A stretch of 64,000 nucleotides of DNA from Schizochytrium sp. TIO01 (GCA_004764695.1 SMSO01000014.1:801648-865647); one strand, 5' to 3'; shown: positions 11,507-24,065, counted from the first letter of the stretch. Notes: generated from the letters alone by a model not told the origin. A program made the numbers and translations.

Positions 11507-12325
11507 TAAATCGGCGACGGAAAACGTACCCTTGTTGTGCGATTCGAGGCGGTGTAGTTGTGAATTGTGGGTAGCCAACTTCGTACGTGTAGCGCTGAGG
11601 ATTTCCAAGCTTAGTCAAAGTCAATTTGACGATAAAAGGCTCTGGGGTCTTGTAATTGTGTAAAAACGAAGGTCAAATCTGCCACTCTTGTGTGAGTTGT
11701 TTTATGTGGCCATTGATGAGGGCTGCCTACTCCTACTTCTTTCCCGCGTCTTTTGTTTGATAAATTCATTGCTGCAAACATTGCAAAACCTCGACCCTTC
11801 TCTACATCCCAATGTGGGTGACAAACTCACTCTAGGTTTCGCTTGATAACTTGCACGATTAATCTCGATGTCATTACCACTTTTAAAAAGGTAAAACAAA
11901 TTTACTTCGCTGTTGTAAAATTTCTGTCTCGTCTTCAAGAGTAGTTAGCAAAGAAGCATCAATGTTTTTTTTGCTTTTCTTTATCATACTTGCGTTTGCG
12001 TATCGCCAGCTACACCTGCGCGTTTAAACGATTCTTCATTCTGATCCTAATACGAGTAGGCAGGGTAGATTTTCACAAACACAAATTGATTTTTCTATGA
12101 TTCTAAAAGCTAAGTGGGATGTTTTATTATTATTTTAAGTCTGCATTATGATCCTATTATGGTTGATACTTGTCTCCAATTTGAATGAACCATGTAAGTG
12201 TTAAAGCAAGAGTTGCATACATATCAGGGCGAACTCTGCTTTGAGGCTGTCTGAAGAAAAAACGTCAGAAGTGCCTCTCTTTTTACTCTTCCTTTTAACT
12301 GTGTCAAACCAGAATGAAAATAGTT

Positions 12326-15014
12326 TCATTCTGGATATGTCGTCTGCTTTTGAAGAAGTCTCAAGGTTGCAGTCGGAGATATTAGTTCTCGATGAAACTC
12401 AAAAGCGATTCCCTGTAAGGGAATCTCATTGAAAGCTTGCTGAAATGTTGTTTGACTAGATCGCCTCGATCGAAGTGGTGGCAGCTCAACCTGGCCGGAG
12501 CTTGAACGGGAATATGCAGGTAGTGGACGTGGAGATAGTGCAGCTCTTGGCCATTTAATATTAAAGGAACTCTGATCTGGCCAGTACTTTGACACGTTTG
12601 GACACGCTAAATGAACCACTCCTTGCATTTTCAATTGGTCGACACTCTTTTCATTACTTTGTTCTTTGGTAGGGAGGAAAATTGCTCCGTATTGAGATGT
12701 ATTGCGAATTATTCCACTCCGGACATATCCACTCGCCTCAGGGGCTTGCAACCACAAGGGTAGCAACTGAAGTGGGAAAAGCACGAAACTTTCAGGTGCA
12801 TCGTGAAGTTGCAGGATGGCTACATCAGGCGGATAATCTTGAAGTTGGCTTATTGGAATGAGAGGAAAATCCGTTTTAAGATTCAACCCGCGCGATTGAC
12901 ATTCCTTCATGGGGTCGTACTCTTCAAAGTTGTCTTCAGACGTTCGAACAAAATCAATTAGCTTTACGCGTACCTGCGCCTCGGCACGTTGTAGGTGTGT
13001 ATTCAAAATAACCTCGATGACCTCGACATTAACAAGTACCGAAGGTGTGGACTCTCCCAATAATGGTGCTAGACAACGCATCCCAACATAACAATCATCT
13101 ACAGAAAAACCCTTACACGTGTTTGGTTTCTCACAAGTCAATTTGGGGGGCTCTTCGTAGCCGTAGAAAGACGAACCTGCCACAAATTTAGCTTCTAGAG
13201 CTGTATATGATATCCGGCCTTTGTTTGAAATACGAAATGCAGCATCCTCTGGCATACCTGCATAAAGCAGATAATTTAAGGAGTCTTCGTTCGTGGTTGG
13301 GTTATGAAGGCACTTGCTGTGATCGAATACAAGCTCTTCCAGCATTGTATTCCGATTAAGCATCGATATGAGCAGCTTTGAACCTTTAGTGGTGTATCCG
13401 GAGTTCTCAAAGTGTAGCACTTGTAGTGTTATATTTGAAGCAATAGAGCGCACAAATACTTCGCACCCTCGATCACTGATACGTGTGTTTCCACTTATAA
13501 ATAGTTTTGTAAGGTATGTGCGAGGATTCGATAACATACGTGCAATTTGCGACAGGTGGTTGTCAGTGAGCCCCGCAAAGCTTAGATCAAGCATGTGGAT
13601 GGTAGGATTACTAGAGAGGCTACTGATCACCTTCGAAAGAGATCCCAGCCCCAAGTCAGTATGATGTAAAATCAGATTTTTCACTGTACTCGTAGAGTTT
13701 TGCAAAAGTAATGCCAGCGCACGACCGATTCGTGGCCCTAACACGTTATTACTCAAATCTAAATTTTCGAGAGAGGGCAAGCCTCCATTCCCAATAGCTT
13801 GCTGTAATTCAGCAGAAAATCTCTCGTGAGTGCGAACGTCATCTTCACCAATGCCGTTAGATTGTAACGATAAATAGCGCAAACAACTGGCAAAAGACGC
13901 TTTCTGTAGTTCATTCAGCAGAGAGGAAGCGCCATCTGTACCCAGATTATTGGAGCATATTACAAGTCGATGCAGGAAACGAACTGATTTGGCTGCAAAT
14001 ACTGGCGAAAGGGCATATCCAACTCTGTCACATAGATTGTTTTTCCCAGAGTTCGATTTTTTCTACTTTTTCTAGCTCCTGCAACCCGGCACCACATGCT
14101 GTAAGGTGCGTGTCCGAAAGCATTAGGTCTTTCAATCGAAGACAATCTTCTTTAAGAGAAGACAATACACTTCTACTTACTCCGACATTTAGCTGGATAC
14201 ATGTGGTACAGTAAGCTCTCACAGCAAGTTGTCTTTGCCATTCGTAGTGGGTCAATTTCCCAGCATCCGCTTCTAGCTCTTCTTCTGCACATTCGAGATC
14301 TTTGCTAGCCTGCTCTATTAATGGATTAATTTCAGCTGTTACCTTTTCAAGATCTTCTGCTAAAACCCTTCGATAATATTTGCCCTCGCCCGACGAATCT
14401 TCCAGAATATCAGGATTCAGAGACGCTAGCTCAATAATCATCAAATCATATTCCTCCTGTCTCATTGCAAGTAGTTCACGTAGTCGGCTTTGGGTTTGCT
14501 CCAACCGCTCACGAAGTTTAGTGATATCTTCAGTGTATCTTTTAGCTAGTTTCCGATCCACCTCTGCCCGAATATTTGCCAAGCAAGATCCTTTCACTTC
14601 CTCTGGATTAGAGGCTTGCATGAGCTTATGGGGAGCATAATGAAGTGGCAATTGAAGTTCTCGGATTTTGTGAATTAAGATGTTGCGATCTAGCTCGTAA
14701 GCGAGATGCCCTTCATTTCCAAAGGGCTGTGTTTTATTCCAATTGTATTGCTTTCGCTCCCAAAGTATTCGCTTTGCCTCGATGCCTCTAGCTCGTTCAC
14801 GAGCTGCTACACTTGCGTACCCTTGGCGCCGTGCCTCCCCCTCTGCATTTTGCCTTGCTACCTTCGCTCCAATGCATTTCCGTGCAAGTCGGGTACGCCG
14901 CTCCAAAACATTTAGTTTATGCAGTACCTGATCATCTTCAGGCCCTGATTGTAGTTCCTGCATTTTAACTTTTGTAATTGTTCCTGGTGTTTCGGTACTC
15001 TGAGCTTTTGACAT
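12326..15014 (-). CDS. Coiled-coil + RNI-like leucine-rich repeat protein, interrupted by a 1-nt frameshift at about 14040-14044
   Basis: ORF 15014-14028 ends LEKVEKIELWE. Removing one A from the A5 run gives WENNLCDRVGYAL...LHRLVICSNNLGTDGASSLL, continuous with the 518-aa LRR ORF (LRYLSLQSNGIG, LENLDLSNNVLG, LTKLFISGN). Confidence 0.75.
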
Positions 15015-15703
15015 ACATTCGCAATGATACTACCCAGCCAGACCTACCTTGCCTACTGGTGTGCGAGCTGCTCGCTTTCATTCACATACGTGTATAAGTC
15101 GAGTCCACTTTTTCAAGCTGTTTTGATCTTGTAGTTCTTGACTTTAGGCGCGAAGTAATTCGTTCCCACGCGATACGGTGTGCACCTTTGGTCAAAAGTG
15201 ACTTTATTTGAAAAAAAAAAAAAAAGAGAATCTTCGTTTTAATCCCTCATCCACTGAAACTTCCACCGTTTGTTTCGTGAAGGCTTTGAAAAGAGTGTAT
15301 AACTGTTAACTATTGTATGACATGGCTCTTGAAATCATAGAAACTATTATGCAAAAAGTAACCTTGTCGATATCATAGAAGAATTCGCGATCAAAGGTCG
15401 AAGATAAGGAGGCAAAGCTTGTCTTAAATTAGGTTTCACTCTTTTAATAAGCTTTCTCAATTCATTTGAACCTGGTAGTCAAGAAATAGCACAGAAACGC
15501 AGCGCGCACTTTGCAGCGAGATAATTGGAAAAGTCGAAGAAAAGTATTAATGTTGAGCTGAGAGAACTTGTTTGCAGCATCCAAATCCTTGTGTCTTGAA
15601 AAAAATGAACAGAATATATTCGTGTTTTTACAACAGAGACAAGGCAATAAAATGAATATTATAAGTTTAAGTATCCAAATCTGAAAAAAAAGGCTGTCAA
15701 TAT

Positions 15704-16951
15704 TTATGAAGACTTCATTTTGCCAGATTTTTTTGACTTTTTTGCTGCGGTCTTTGATGTCGCTGATCCCTCTTGTTTTTTACGAAGCTCGTTAAGAACA
15801 CGCAGATAAGGTGGCGAAATGACGTCTACAATATTTGCAATAGGTCCTTTATTGTAGATATTGTTAGGAAGTCGCAGGGGGAAGTCTCTAGCGCGTCGGT
15901 CAAACAAAGGGGGTGCAGTATCTGGATTGATCTTTTCAGCCTCTACCTCCGGGTCAGGTTTCTCCTTCAATTCCGGATAGTCTTCAGGGTTCTTCTTTGC
16001 GAGTTGGTCTCGGCTTTTATAATATTGAGCAATGCTTCCCCATTTCGCGCTCTCATTAGTAGTGTAGCCACTGATGATGAGATATACATGATAGAGGTAG
16101 AACGCGAAAACAACTATACCCATGACAGCTGAAAGCACCAAGAGCATACATAAGATTGTCTTGCGCAAAAAAACGAAGGTGAACACCATAGACCAGCTCG
16201 CGGGGTTTCGCTCACCTGTTTCGCGGTTGATAAAACTTCGCTCCCACAAATGATGGCTATCAATAAAATCCATAAGAATGTAAGCAATGCCATAGCTTGC
16301 ATAAAACAAAAGCCCAACAGTACTAAGCAAAAAGGTGAGAAATTTGTAATAGTTTGCTTCTCCAACGCATGTGTTGATCCAAGGGCAGTGGTGGTCAAAG
16401 CGACTCACGCACACATTGCAGATACTGCAATGTTTAGATCTTGCTGGTTTGTGAAATTTGCAGGTAGGGCATGAGCGGTCCTTGACATACAAGAAGCCAT
16501 CGTAGGGCCAATGATCATAGACAGGAAGATTTTCAGCAGAGATTCTTCCGGGATCGCTCCGGCTCGCGCGAATAAAAGTCATGAGCGTGAAAAGGACTGA
16601 CGCATGACTAGTGTACAAATGAATTTCACCGAGGTAACGATTGGGAATGTATGGCATGGCCTCAAAATTAAAGGCGATGAAACCACCTACAACGAGAGCT
16701 AAGTACACAATCTGCAAAATGGGATTTGGCTTATTGCAAACATAGTCCACGGTACCTTTCCAGCACCCCACCAGCGAGCTTCCACATGGTAGCGAGCCCA
16801 CAAGCTTCTCAGCTTGTTTGGGGAGCCACACTGTACAAGACCATGTCGTGCGGCCCAAGAGGCCGTTATCCTCTGCGTCGCCCATGAAACAAATGCATAC
16901 TAGTGCAATGATCACTGTGAAGTATACCAAGCTCGCTGTTAGGATGTCCAT
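15704..16951 (-). CDS. DHHC protein S-acyltransferase (Swf1/ZDHHC4-like)
   Basis: CPTCKFHKPARSKHCSICNVCVSRFDHHCPWINTCVG cysteine-rich domain, TTNE motif, several TM helices, NIYNKG, C-terminal KMKSS (KxKxx-type ER retrieval). Confidence 0.95.
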   Translation of the reverse strand: MDILTASLVYFTVIIALVCICFMGDAEDNGLLGRTTWSCTVWLPKQAEKLVGSLPCGSSLVGCWKGTVDYVCNKPNPILQIVYLALVVGGFIAFNFEAMPYIPNRYLGEIHLYTSHASVLFTLMTFIRASRSDPGRISAENLPVYDHWPYDGFLYVKDRSCPTCKFHKPARSKHCSICNVCVSRFDHHCPWINTCVGEANYYKFLTFLLSTVGLLFYASYGIAYILMDFIDSHHLWERSFINRETGERNPASWSMVFTFVFLRKTILCMLLVLSAVMGIVVFAFYLYHVYLIISGYTTNESAKWGSIAQYYKSRDQLAKKNPEDYPELKEKPDPEVEAEKINPDTAPPLFDRRARDFPLRLPNNIYNKGPIANIVDVISPPYLRVLNELRKKQEGSATSKTAAKKSKKSGKMKSS

Positions 16952-18809
16952 CTTTCCTCAAATCGCTCTTTGGAGGCGCGCAGCCTTAATCGTTGATAAC
17001 GAGTTCGTGTCGTACAGGTCCTCGTCCGGGTATCAACAACGAACTTTGAATCCCTTTTTGCAGATCTGCAATCCGACTCACGCCACACACTCACACACAC
17101 GCAAAGTGCAATCTGCTACGCCTCTGCCAGCAGCTGGTGGCTCGCACGCGCTGGCCTAGTTGGCCAAGCGAGTGCAGCAAGGTCAGCAGATAGGGCTTCA
17201 ATGAAGTTTTATTGCCAAGTGTCGCTGTTCCTTTTCTTTATCAAACAATTCTAACCTAGTAGAAATATGCACTAAGACAAGGAAAAAAGAAAATTGAAAT
17301 GTTAAACTAGAAAAACTAGAAACTATAATATAAAATATTAGGCTAGCAAGGTGAGTACTCTTTGGGTTTGTAAAAGCCAACCCTCGGATTAGTAAAGTTA
17401 CCACATGTGCAAGTTTATCTGGTTGCTATTAAAAAAGTTAATGAACACTACTTCAATTGATTTTGTAAAGAACATGAGCATTGTAATAGTTCAGAAAAGT
17501 GAAGACACTATCACATCAATGTAATATTCGAAAAGACAATAGCACGGAATTGAAGAAGGCAATAAATGGCATAGCCTACCGTTTCTCTTTCCTTATTTTG
17601 AACGAACTTTGTATTCGTAATTCTTCTGTTAAGTTAATTCAACTAGATTCATGAAGATCTGCCAGCTCTCAAGCAAGGCAACATATTTGAGTAGAAAATT
17701 GTAAGCCTTTTAAGCGTCGATCACATCCACAGACCATAATTACGCGGTATCGATCAACTAAACACCGTACACAAACCCATAATGATAATTTAAGTTTACT
17801 AATAAACGGGGTATCTCTTGAGGTGCGATTTGGCTTTAGCACAGCTTCAGAGAGAACTAATATATAGTTAACACGAATTTATTTGATCGACGTGCATTGC
17901 ACACACGTTGTTAAAGATGAAACTCATTGGGTTAATAACATGTCGTCTGCCTGAAATAGTCCTACTATAGAAGTTGATCAGTATAATTTATAAATTTGCC
18001 TCTGTTGAAAAGGTTCGTGGTGTGTCAATATTTGAAAAGCTGAAGTATGTCAACATGATGTCCCTACATTCTGGGTACAAGTATAGATCAATCTTTATTT
18101 GGTGAATACTGAATATATAAATTTGAGCACCTTGGAACGAAGTGCTATTTCATTTTGTCTATGAATTTGAAAAAACAAATAAAGTAATATAAAAAGCAGA
18201 AAACTCATCTAGATAGCTGCGGTCTTAGGGTTTGAAAAAGCAGACAGATAGGTTTGCAATATAAATTTATTATCTTGCAAATCAAAGTCAGCACGACAAT
18301 CACGGTGATTTACATTCGTTGGTTCTCAACTTTTGATGAAAAGAAGATAGTGTTGAGGGAGGAGACAAGTTTCAAAGCTAAAGTGGAGATCTTATGTAGG
18401 TACAATAAACTCCAGAAAAAGATTGATCTCGAGCTCATTTTATAGTCATCCCTGGAGCAGTAATACTGGCAAGAAAGAGAATGTTTCAAGATGCTCATGA
18501 ACGAAGATAACTCTCGAAAGGAACTAGTAAAAAAGGCGTCTACTAATATTTTAGATACTATCATAGTAGGGACCTTTAAAAAAAAAATCAAGTTGAGCAA
18601 AGAAAAAAGTAACCCAAACAGAGCATTTACAAACCCTGAACAGTTGGGGGGACTGTTTGTACAGTCAAGAGAATAGTCGCCTCCAGACTCAAGGCCCTCC
18701 ACAACTTGCAAATTCCTTCGCCACCGTACCCTGAGCGAATGAATAAGTGCTTGCTTCTCTAGAGCACTTTTGTCTATCTCACAATCTACAAAACCTCATC
18801 AACAACGTC

Positions 18810-20795
18810 ATGCCAACCAATACCCGCGCCGCAAGGCGCGAGGCTCGCACTAAGGCTCGCACTGATGAAAGACCGCAGAGGTCCCGGACTTCGAGAATGT
18901 CATCTTCGTCAGCTTCATCAGCATCTTCTGCATCGTCTTCGCCCGAAGCTGCAACATCAACAAAGACTTTGAGAGCTCGAACTAGAGGAGCCACAAAATC
19001 GCGGCGAGAAATCGCAGAATTAACGTCAAAGTCTGCCTCAATGAAGCGCAAAAGTAGTGTCAAGAAGCCGCGAAAAAGATTGAGAAGGGAGGCCCTCGAA
19101 AAGGCAGATCAGGATGAAGAAGAGCAGCTTATTAGCAAGAGACTGAGGCGAAATCGTCGTGATGCCCAAGCTGAAGAAAAAGCATTCGAAGATACTCAGC
19201 ATCGAGGAAGAAGTCGAAGAATTCAAGTACATGCGACCAGGAGCTCTAAAGCTGGACGTGGAGGTAAATATGCAAGTAACGAAGATGACGAAGATTCAGA
19301 GGAGGTTGACATAGATGCATATTCTTCACAACCAGATGCGGATGAAGATGATGCGTATGAAGAAGAAGATGATGAAAACGATGGCAGCGGAGATGATCAA
19401 GAGGAAGAAGGAGATGATGGTGACAGTGATTCTGCTGAAGAGACTCAAGATAAGCGACCTGTGCACTCACGCCCAACGCGCAGGTCTGCAAGACATCAGG
19501 AACCGCCGGCATCGACATCCGGAGGTGCGAAAACACGGTCAGGAACCGCGGCGGTGTTTCAAACGACATCGCGTCCTACAAGGCATGCAACAATTGCCGT
19601 AGACTATGTAGATGCGGAAGAACCACTTAGTGTATACTTACCTTCAAGCACTGTAAAACCAGACCTTAAGCGTATCCTTCACCGCATGGATTTGGATGCA
19701 GAAGCTGCTTCAGCCCAATTAGCTCAGGAACGATCTATATCAGCAGCAGCGGCAACAGTAGCGGCAGGAGGAGGAGGCACCACGATCTCTTCAAATAATA
19801 TCCCTCCCACCTCAACGTCATTACCTCAAAGCTCGACCAACGGTGCACCAAATCTTACAGTGGAAACTAGGGAAGCTCTATCAAAGACAGCTGAAGATAA
19901 GCGCCTCAACAACGAATTAAAGCTCAGCGACATAAGTGGGATAGATTCCGACGATAATGGAGTCAGAAGTGGCGAAGAAGAGTCAAATCTTGAAAAACAG
20001 CGCTATCTTGTGCAACGATCCTCTCATCTTGATCTTGAGTATGACGCAGATAGTGACGACGAAGAGTTTGTCAAGACTCTGGTTGATGGCACGAATGCCA
20101 TCACGCTAGACGAGTTTGAGGTCATGATTGAGGTTGCCGAGCAAGAAGAGTTTATGGCTAATCTGTTTTCTTGGACTAATGACGAGTTAGCTCAAAAGGA
20201 TGGCCTGGAATCTTCACTTCAAAAATTGCGCCAGGTGGCTTCGCATAATCGTGGCGAAAACCCTTCTTCTTCGATGTCCCCTTGTGAAAAGGCTGCCGCT
20301 GAAGAATCTAGTACAGAAGATACTGATAACACTAGCGAAGTTGTATCTCAAGCGAAAGTTCTAACATCTATTGAGCGGCTTCAACTTCGTTTGAGAAGTT
20401 GTTCAGGGCCGCCTGATGTAGGGAGTTCAGTCCTCAATGAGCGTGTCGGAGCCCTTTTCCCTTTCAATTGTGCAAGACGACTGTCAGCTGCTTGTTGTAA
20501 GCAGGAGGTTCTGGAAAAGTTTATGCCCTATTGGCTAAAGAAGCGCGAACGGTATGGTCCTTTGCTACGCCGGTTTCAAAAGTCAGACCTGTTAGTGAAT
20601 TGGTCTATCACAGATGTTTACGCTGACGAGGATGACCTTCGTGGAGGAGATTGTATGACTCGACGTTCTGCACTATCCATGCTTTATACCCTGCGTGCCA
20701 TGCATGACGACTTCATTCAGCTCGAAACCTTAACGAGTAACATTACACGCCGTGAGCGTCTCAAACTGCAGCTTTTGCAAAGTAACTTAACATAA
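18810..20795 (+). CDS. Enhancer of polycomb / EPL1-domain chromatin protein (EPC/BRPF-like)
   Basis: EYDADSDDEEFV...ITLDEFEVMIE, YWLKKRERYGPLLRRF and RRERLK match EPC-family blocks; basic and acidic disordered N-terminus; first ATG at 18810. Confidence 0.75.
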   Translation: MPTNTRAARREARTKARTDERPQRSRTSRMSSSSASSASSASSSPEAATSTKTLRARTRGATKSRREIAELTSKSASMKRKSSVKKPRKRLRREALEKADQDEEEQLISKRLRRNRRDAQAEEKAFEDTQHRGRSRRIQVHATRSSKAGRGGKYASNEDDEDSEEVDIDAYSSQPDADEDDAYEEEDDENDGSGDDQEEEGDDGDSDSAEETQDKRPVHSRPTRRSARHQEPPASTSGGAKTRSGTAAVFQTTSRPTRHATIAVDYVDAEEPLSVYLPSSTVKPDLKRILHRMDLDAEAASAQLAQERSISAAAATVAAGGGGTTISSNNIPPTSTSLPQSSTNGAPNLTVETREALSKTAEDKRLNNELKLSDISGIDSDDNGVRSGEEESNLEKQRYLVQRSSHLDLEYDADSDDEEFVKTLVDGTNAITLDEFEVMIEVAEQEEFMANLFSWTNDELAQKDGLESSLQKLRQVASHNRGENPSSSMSPCEKAAAEESSTEDTDNTSEVVSQAKVLTSIERLQLRLRSCSGPPDVGSSVLNERVGALFPFNCARRLSAACCKQEVLEKFMPYWLKKRERYGPLLRRFQKSDLLVNWSITDVYADEDDLRGGDCMTRRSALSMLYTLRAMHDDFIQLETLTSNITRRERLKLQLLQSNLT

Positions 20796-21221
20796 GATCA
20801 TCGTGGAATGAGCGAGCAAAACTGTGTGTAATATGTAACGCGATTATCTGCACAAACTGGAGAACTTATCTTGGCATTAGTGAAAAGGCACCAACATATT
20901 TCTAATGTGTTGCGTTAATAGACCAGGCAAATGCTGATACTAGGACAGGGATGTTCTGGAATTCTACAAACAAGAAGCAAATAACAATAAAACAGTAATA
21001 CACCAAGCTAGCAAAGTCAAGTTTAATTATTATAGTAGGTAAGGCTATTTTTAATCCATGTTCATATGTCGCAGTCATCAATTTCACCACACTTTCCATT
21101 TCGAAATACGATGAAGCAACCGGGAGGTTCCAACAATGCATCAAACTTTTTGTCGAGAAGGTAAATCCTGACAAGGTCTGAAACTATGGAAAAGGAAACG
21201 AAAAAGTTAGAGAGATCTCTT

Positions 21222-23240
21222 TTACTCTTCCCAGGGATTCGTATCTTGTTGACGGCCATCCTCCAAACAGATCCAAAAGGACTCGCCAGTTGTGCGGCTA
21301 ATGTACTCTCGCCAACCATCCTTTTCGTTGATAGGGAAGCCGAGCTTCATTGTGACACCGCCCATCCAGCCATTGCCCTTCTCATTCCATGCAGAGATAG
21401 TCTTGCGAGGGCGGGGTCGAGATCGCAGCGCAGGAACTTCGTCTCGCTGCTCCTCACCCTTTAAAGATGATTCTGCAGATGGTTCGGCAGTCGTCGATGA
21501 GTTATTCATATCTAATTGCTGCTGTGCTTGTGGAGCCTTGTATACATTCTGACTTCTAGGTGGAAGAGGTGGTTGCTGCTCGGCTTGAGAGGCAGGCTCA
21601 TCGTTTTCAGTCAGAGATTCACCATGAGGAGAACTTGTCACAGGCTCTTCCAAATCATCATCTTCTTTGACTTGCTCCATGCGATGATTCTGCGAGTTTT
21701 GGATTTGTGTATAACTGTTACCATTGCCTTTGCCGTCACATCCTTCCTCGTTTACGACGTGCATTGGGGGGAGGGAAATGTTGTCTGGGCAACCCTCGTC
21801 ATCATCGTCATCATCCTCATCATGGTGTTTACGCTCCTCAGCATGCGGAGAGCTATGCACACTCTGAGCAATAGGCATTTGAGACGATGTTGTGGAAAAT
21901 GTGGTCTCTCCAGAACGATGTGAGCAGATGGATCCAGAAGCAGACCGTGAGACTGGAGTGGAGGACGACGTAGATGCATAAACCTCCTGAGTCTCATGGT
22001 CCCGAGAACTCCACTGTTGCTGTTGCTGCTCCGCATAATCATCGTAAATTGGAGAGCTTGGAGAGGAATATGTAGATCGTAGAGGGACAGGCGGAGGAGC
22101 AGACGGACGCGGCTCTTCAATTGTAGACAACGTAGGCGCCGATACAGTGCTTGCAGGAGACAGCGCTGAGGCATATCCGTGGGATCTATTCATGGATTGA
22201 GGCCCTGTCACAAGCGTAGCCCGCGGGAAAGACATATTCACATCCACGGGCGGAGCATTATCAGTTTTGCTACCTGTAAAACTAGAGCTGCTGGAAGGAA
22301 AGTTTAATGGAGCTCGCACCTGCGGTGCATTATCTGTATTGGCTCTGCCGACGAAGGCGCGAAGGTCGCTCTCAAATGAGAGTGACGCATGTCGTTGCTC
22401 AATCTCGCGCTGTCGCTGACGCTGTGCCTTGAAATCTTCCAGGCGTTTCCAAAAGTCTTTGATGTAAGCTTGCATTCCTGCCGTTGCATCACCAAGCGTG
22501 ACGTTCTGCTCTTCGGGACTGCACGAGGAAGGTGAGGCGAGGCAATCTTTGAGCTTGAAGGCACAATCGCAGTATTGTCGAACGAACACGTACTCACGAT
22601 AGGCAAATCCACGACGAGCCTCGATCATAATAAAGTCAAAGAAGTCGCAAATAGCGCGATACAGTGTATCGAAGTTCTCTCTTGCCACGTCGAGTTCATG
22701 TGCATGCGGGACCTCCTCGGTTGAAAATGACTTCCCTCGCTGCATCAATTTGCGTGCTCCAACGTCCACCTTGCGACGGAGCTTCTCTCGTGTCAAGAGT
22801 CTTCTGTCGAGCTCAGCCAGGTCTCGAAGCAGGCGGGTGATGAGCACTGCCTTCTCCTTGACGAGGCGAATGGTTTTCTGAAACGTGTCCAGTACGCGTA
22901 AAGAGCATCCATTTTCATCCATGGCATGGCCCACGGCTCCAAGTGCCTCGGGCATAGCATCTGTGGACATGAGTCCTGCAGTGCGTCGCATTGCCTCAAT
23001 CGATGCAACCCACGAGTTTAGAACCTTGTGACATTGCTTGAGTTCATTCTGAATTGTCACGATCTTGTTACGATTCTCCCGAAATGCCGTCGGATACACT
23101 CCAAGCGACTCTGCTTCGGCCTGTTGTTTCTGATCCTTCTTCGTAACGCTCTGCAGCGCAGACTTGAGTCCCGAGGTCGCTCCTTTTATCCACAAGGGGC
23201 TGCTTCCGGACCCGGACGAGCTCGTGGACCCGCGTCTCAT
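21222..23240 (-). CDS. Protein with N-terminal helical (BAR-like) region, proline-rich linker and C-terminal WW-like domain
   Basis: Long ORF, first ATG at 23240; about 250-aa helical region; PPPVPLR and PPLPPR; terminal DGWREYISRTTGESFWICLEDGRQQDTNPW. The BAR call is inference. Confidence 0.7.
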   Translation of the reverse strand: MRRGSTSSSGSGSSPLWIKGATSGLKSALQSVTKKDQKQQAEAESLGVYPTAFRENRNKIVTIQNELKQCHKVLNSWVASIEAMRRTAGLMSTDAMPEALGAVGHAMDENGCSLRVLDTFQKTIRLVKEKAVLITRLLRDLAELDRRLLTREKLRRKVDVGARKLMQRGKSFSTEEVPHAHELDVARENFDTLYRAICDFFDFIMIEARRGFAYREYVFVRQYCDCAFKLKDCLASPSSCSPEEQNVTLGDATAGMQAYIKDFWKRLEDFKAQRQRQREIEQRHASLSFESDLRAFVGRANTDNAPQVRAPLNFPSSSSSFTGSKTDNAPPVDVNMSFPRATLVTGPQSMNRSHGYASALSPASTVSAPTLSTIEEPRPSAPPPVPLRSTYSSPSSPIYDDYAEQQQQQWSSRDHETQEVYASTSSSTPVSRSASGSICSHRSGETTFSTTSSQMPIAQSVHSSPHAEERKHHDEDDDDDDEGCPDNISLPPMHVVNEEGCDGKGNGNSYTQIQNSQNHRMEQVKEDDDLEEPVTSSPHGESLTENDEPASQAEQQPPLPPRSQNVYKAPQAQQQLDMNNSSTTAEPSAESSLKGEEQRDEVPALRSRPRPRKTISAWNEKGNGWMGGVTMKLGFPINEKDGWREYISRTTGESFWICLEDGRQQDTNPWEE

Positions 23241-24024
23241 TCTTGCAGACCACGTGCAGGTCTTCACCTGCCCAACCGTCACGTCCAAACTTTCCTTAGC
23301 TCCCAGCCACTCTAAGCGAGCCGCCACGAGCCCAATTTGGCTTTGCAATGCCTCCAGCGACTGCTCCGGGCGATGGCACGGGTCCCACGAACTACGCTCA
23401 GTGTTTTTGTAATCCCAGTTTTACAGCTCTTTGGCACGGCTAGTGTTTCGGCTGAATGGCCCGTAGTACTTCCTCTCTTCCTCTTTGGTCAGCTCACTAA
23501 TAATTACAATTCTCTTTTGTTCACCAATTCTGCCGAAAAGGGAGAAACAGATGAGAATGAAATGAAAGCGATGGATCGCGAATGGATGAAAACGAGGTCA
23601 AAGATTTGCTTGGGATTTCGGAGAGCGAGCAAAGTCGAGTTTTCCGAGGGCTGAAGAAGCTCAGTATGGTTTTCTTGGGAAGCTCTAGTTCGGGAGAAGG
23701 ATTGGCGGATGGACGTAGTTGATGGGGAGGCACGGTCCGTAGTAAGAAGTCAGCCGGGGTAAAGGTCTATTTTAGGAAATTTATGCAACGTTAAACACGT
23801 AGGTACGAGTATGAGTATTCCTTTCACTTCACTAACCTTGGCCACGATGATGCTGGAAGCCGCACCTCTCGCACCAGGAAGGGAGAGCAGTAACACCAGC
23901 AGTACAGCGCCACGGCCTCTCCACAAGCTGGCCTCTAGTGCATACGCGTGATCGCTCCGTCCTCAGATCTTGCGCTTCGCGTTTCGGTTTTGGGCTCCTC
24001 AAGTTCTCCACCTTCATCCCCAGC

Positions 24025-24065
24025 TTCAAATTCAAATTCAAATTCAAATTCAAATTCAAATTCAA
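24025..24065. repeat. (TTCAAA)n microsatellite
   Basis: About seven tandem hexamers. Confidence 0.9.
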
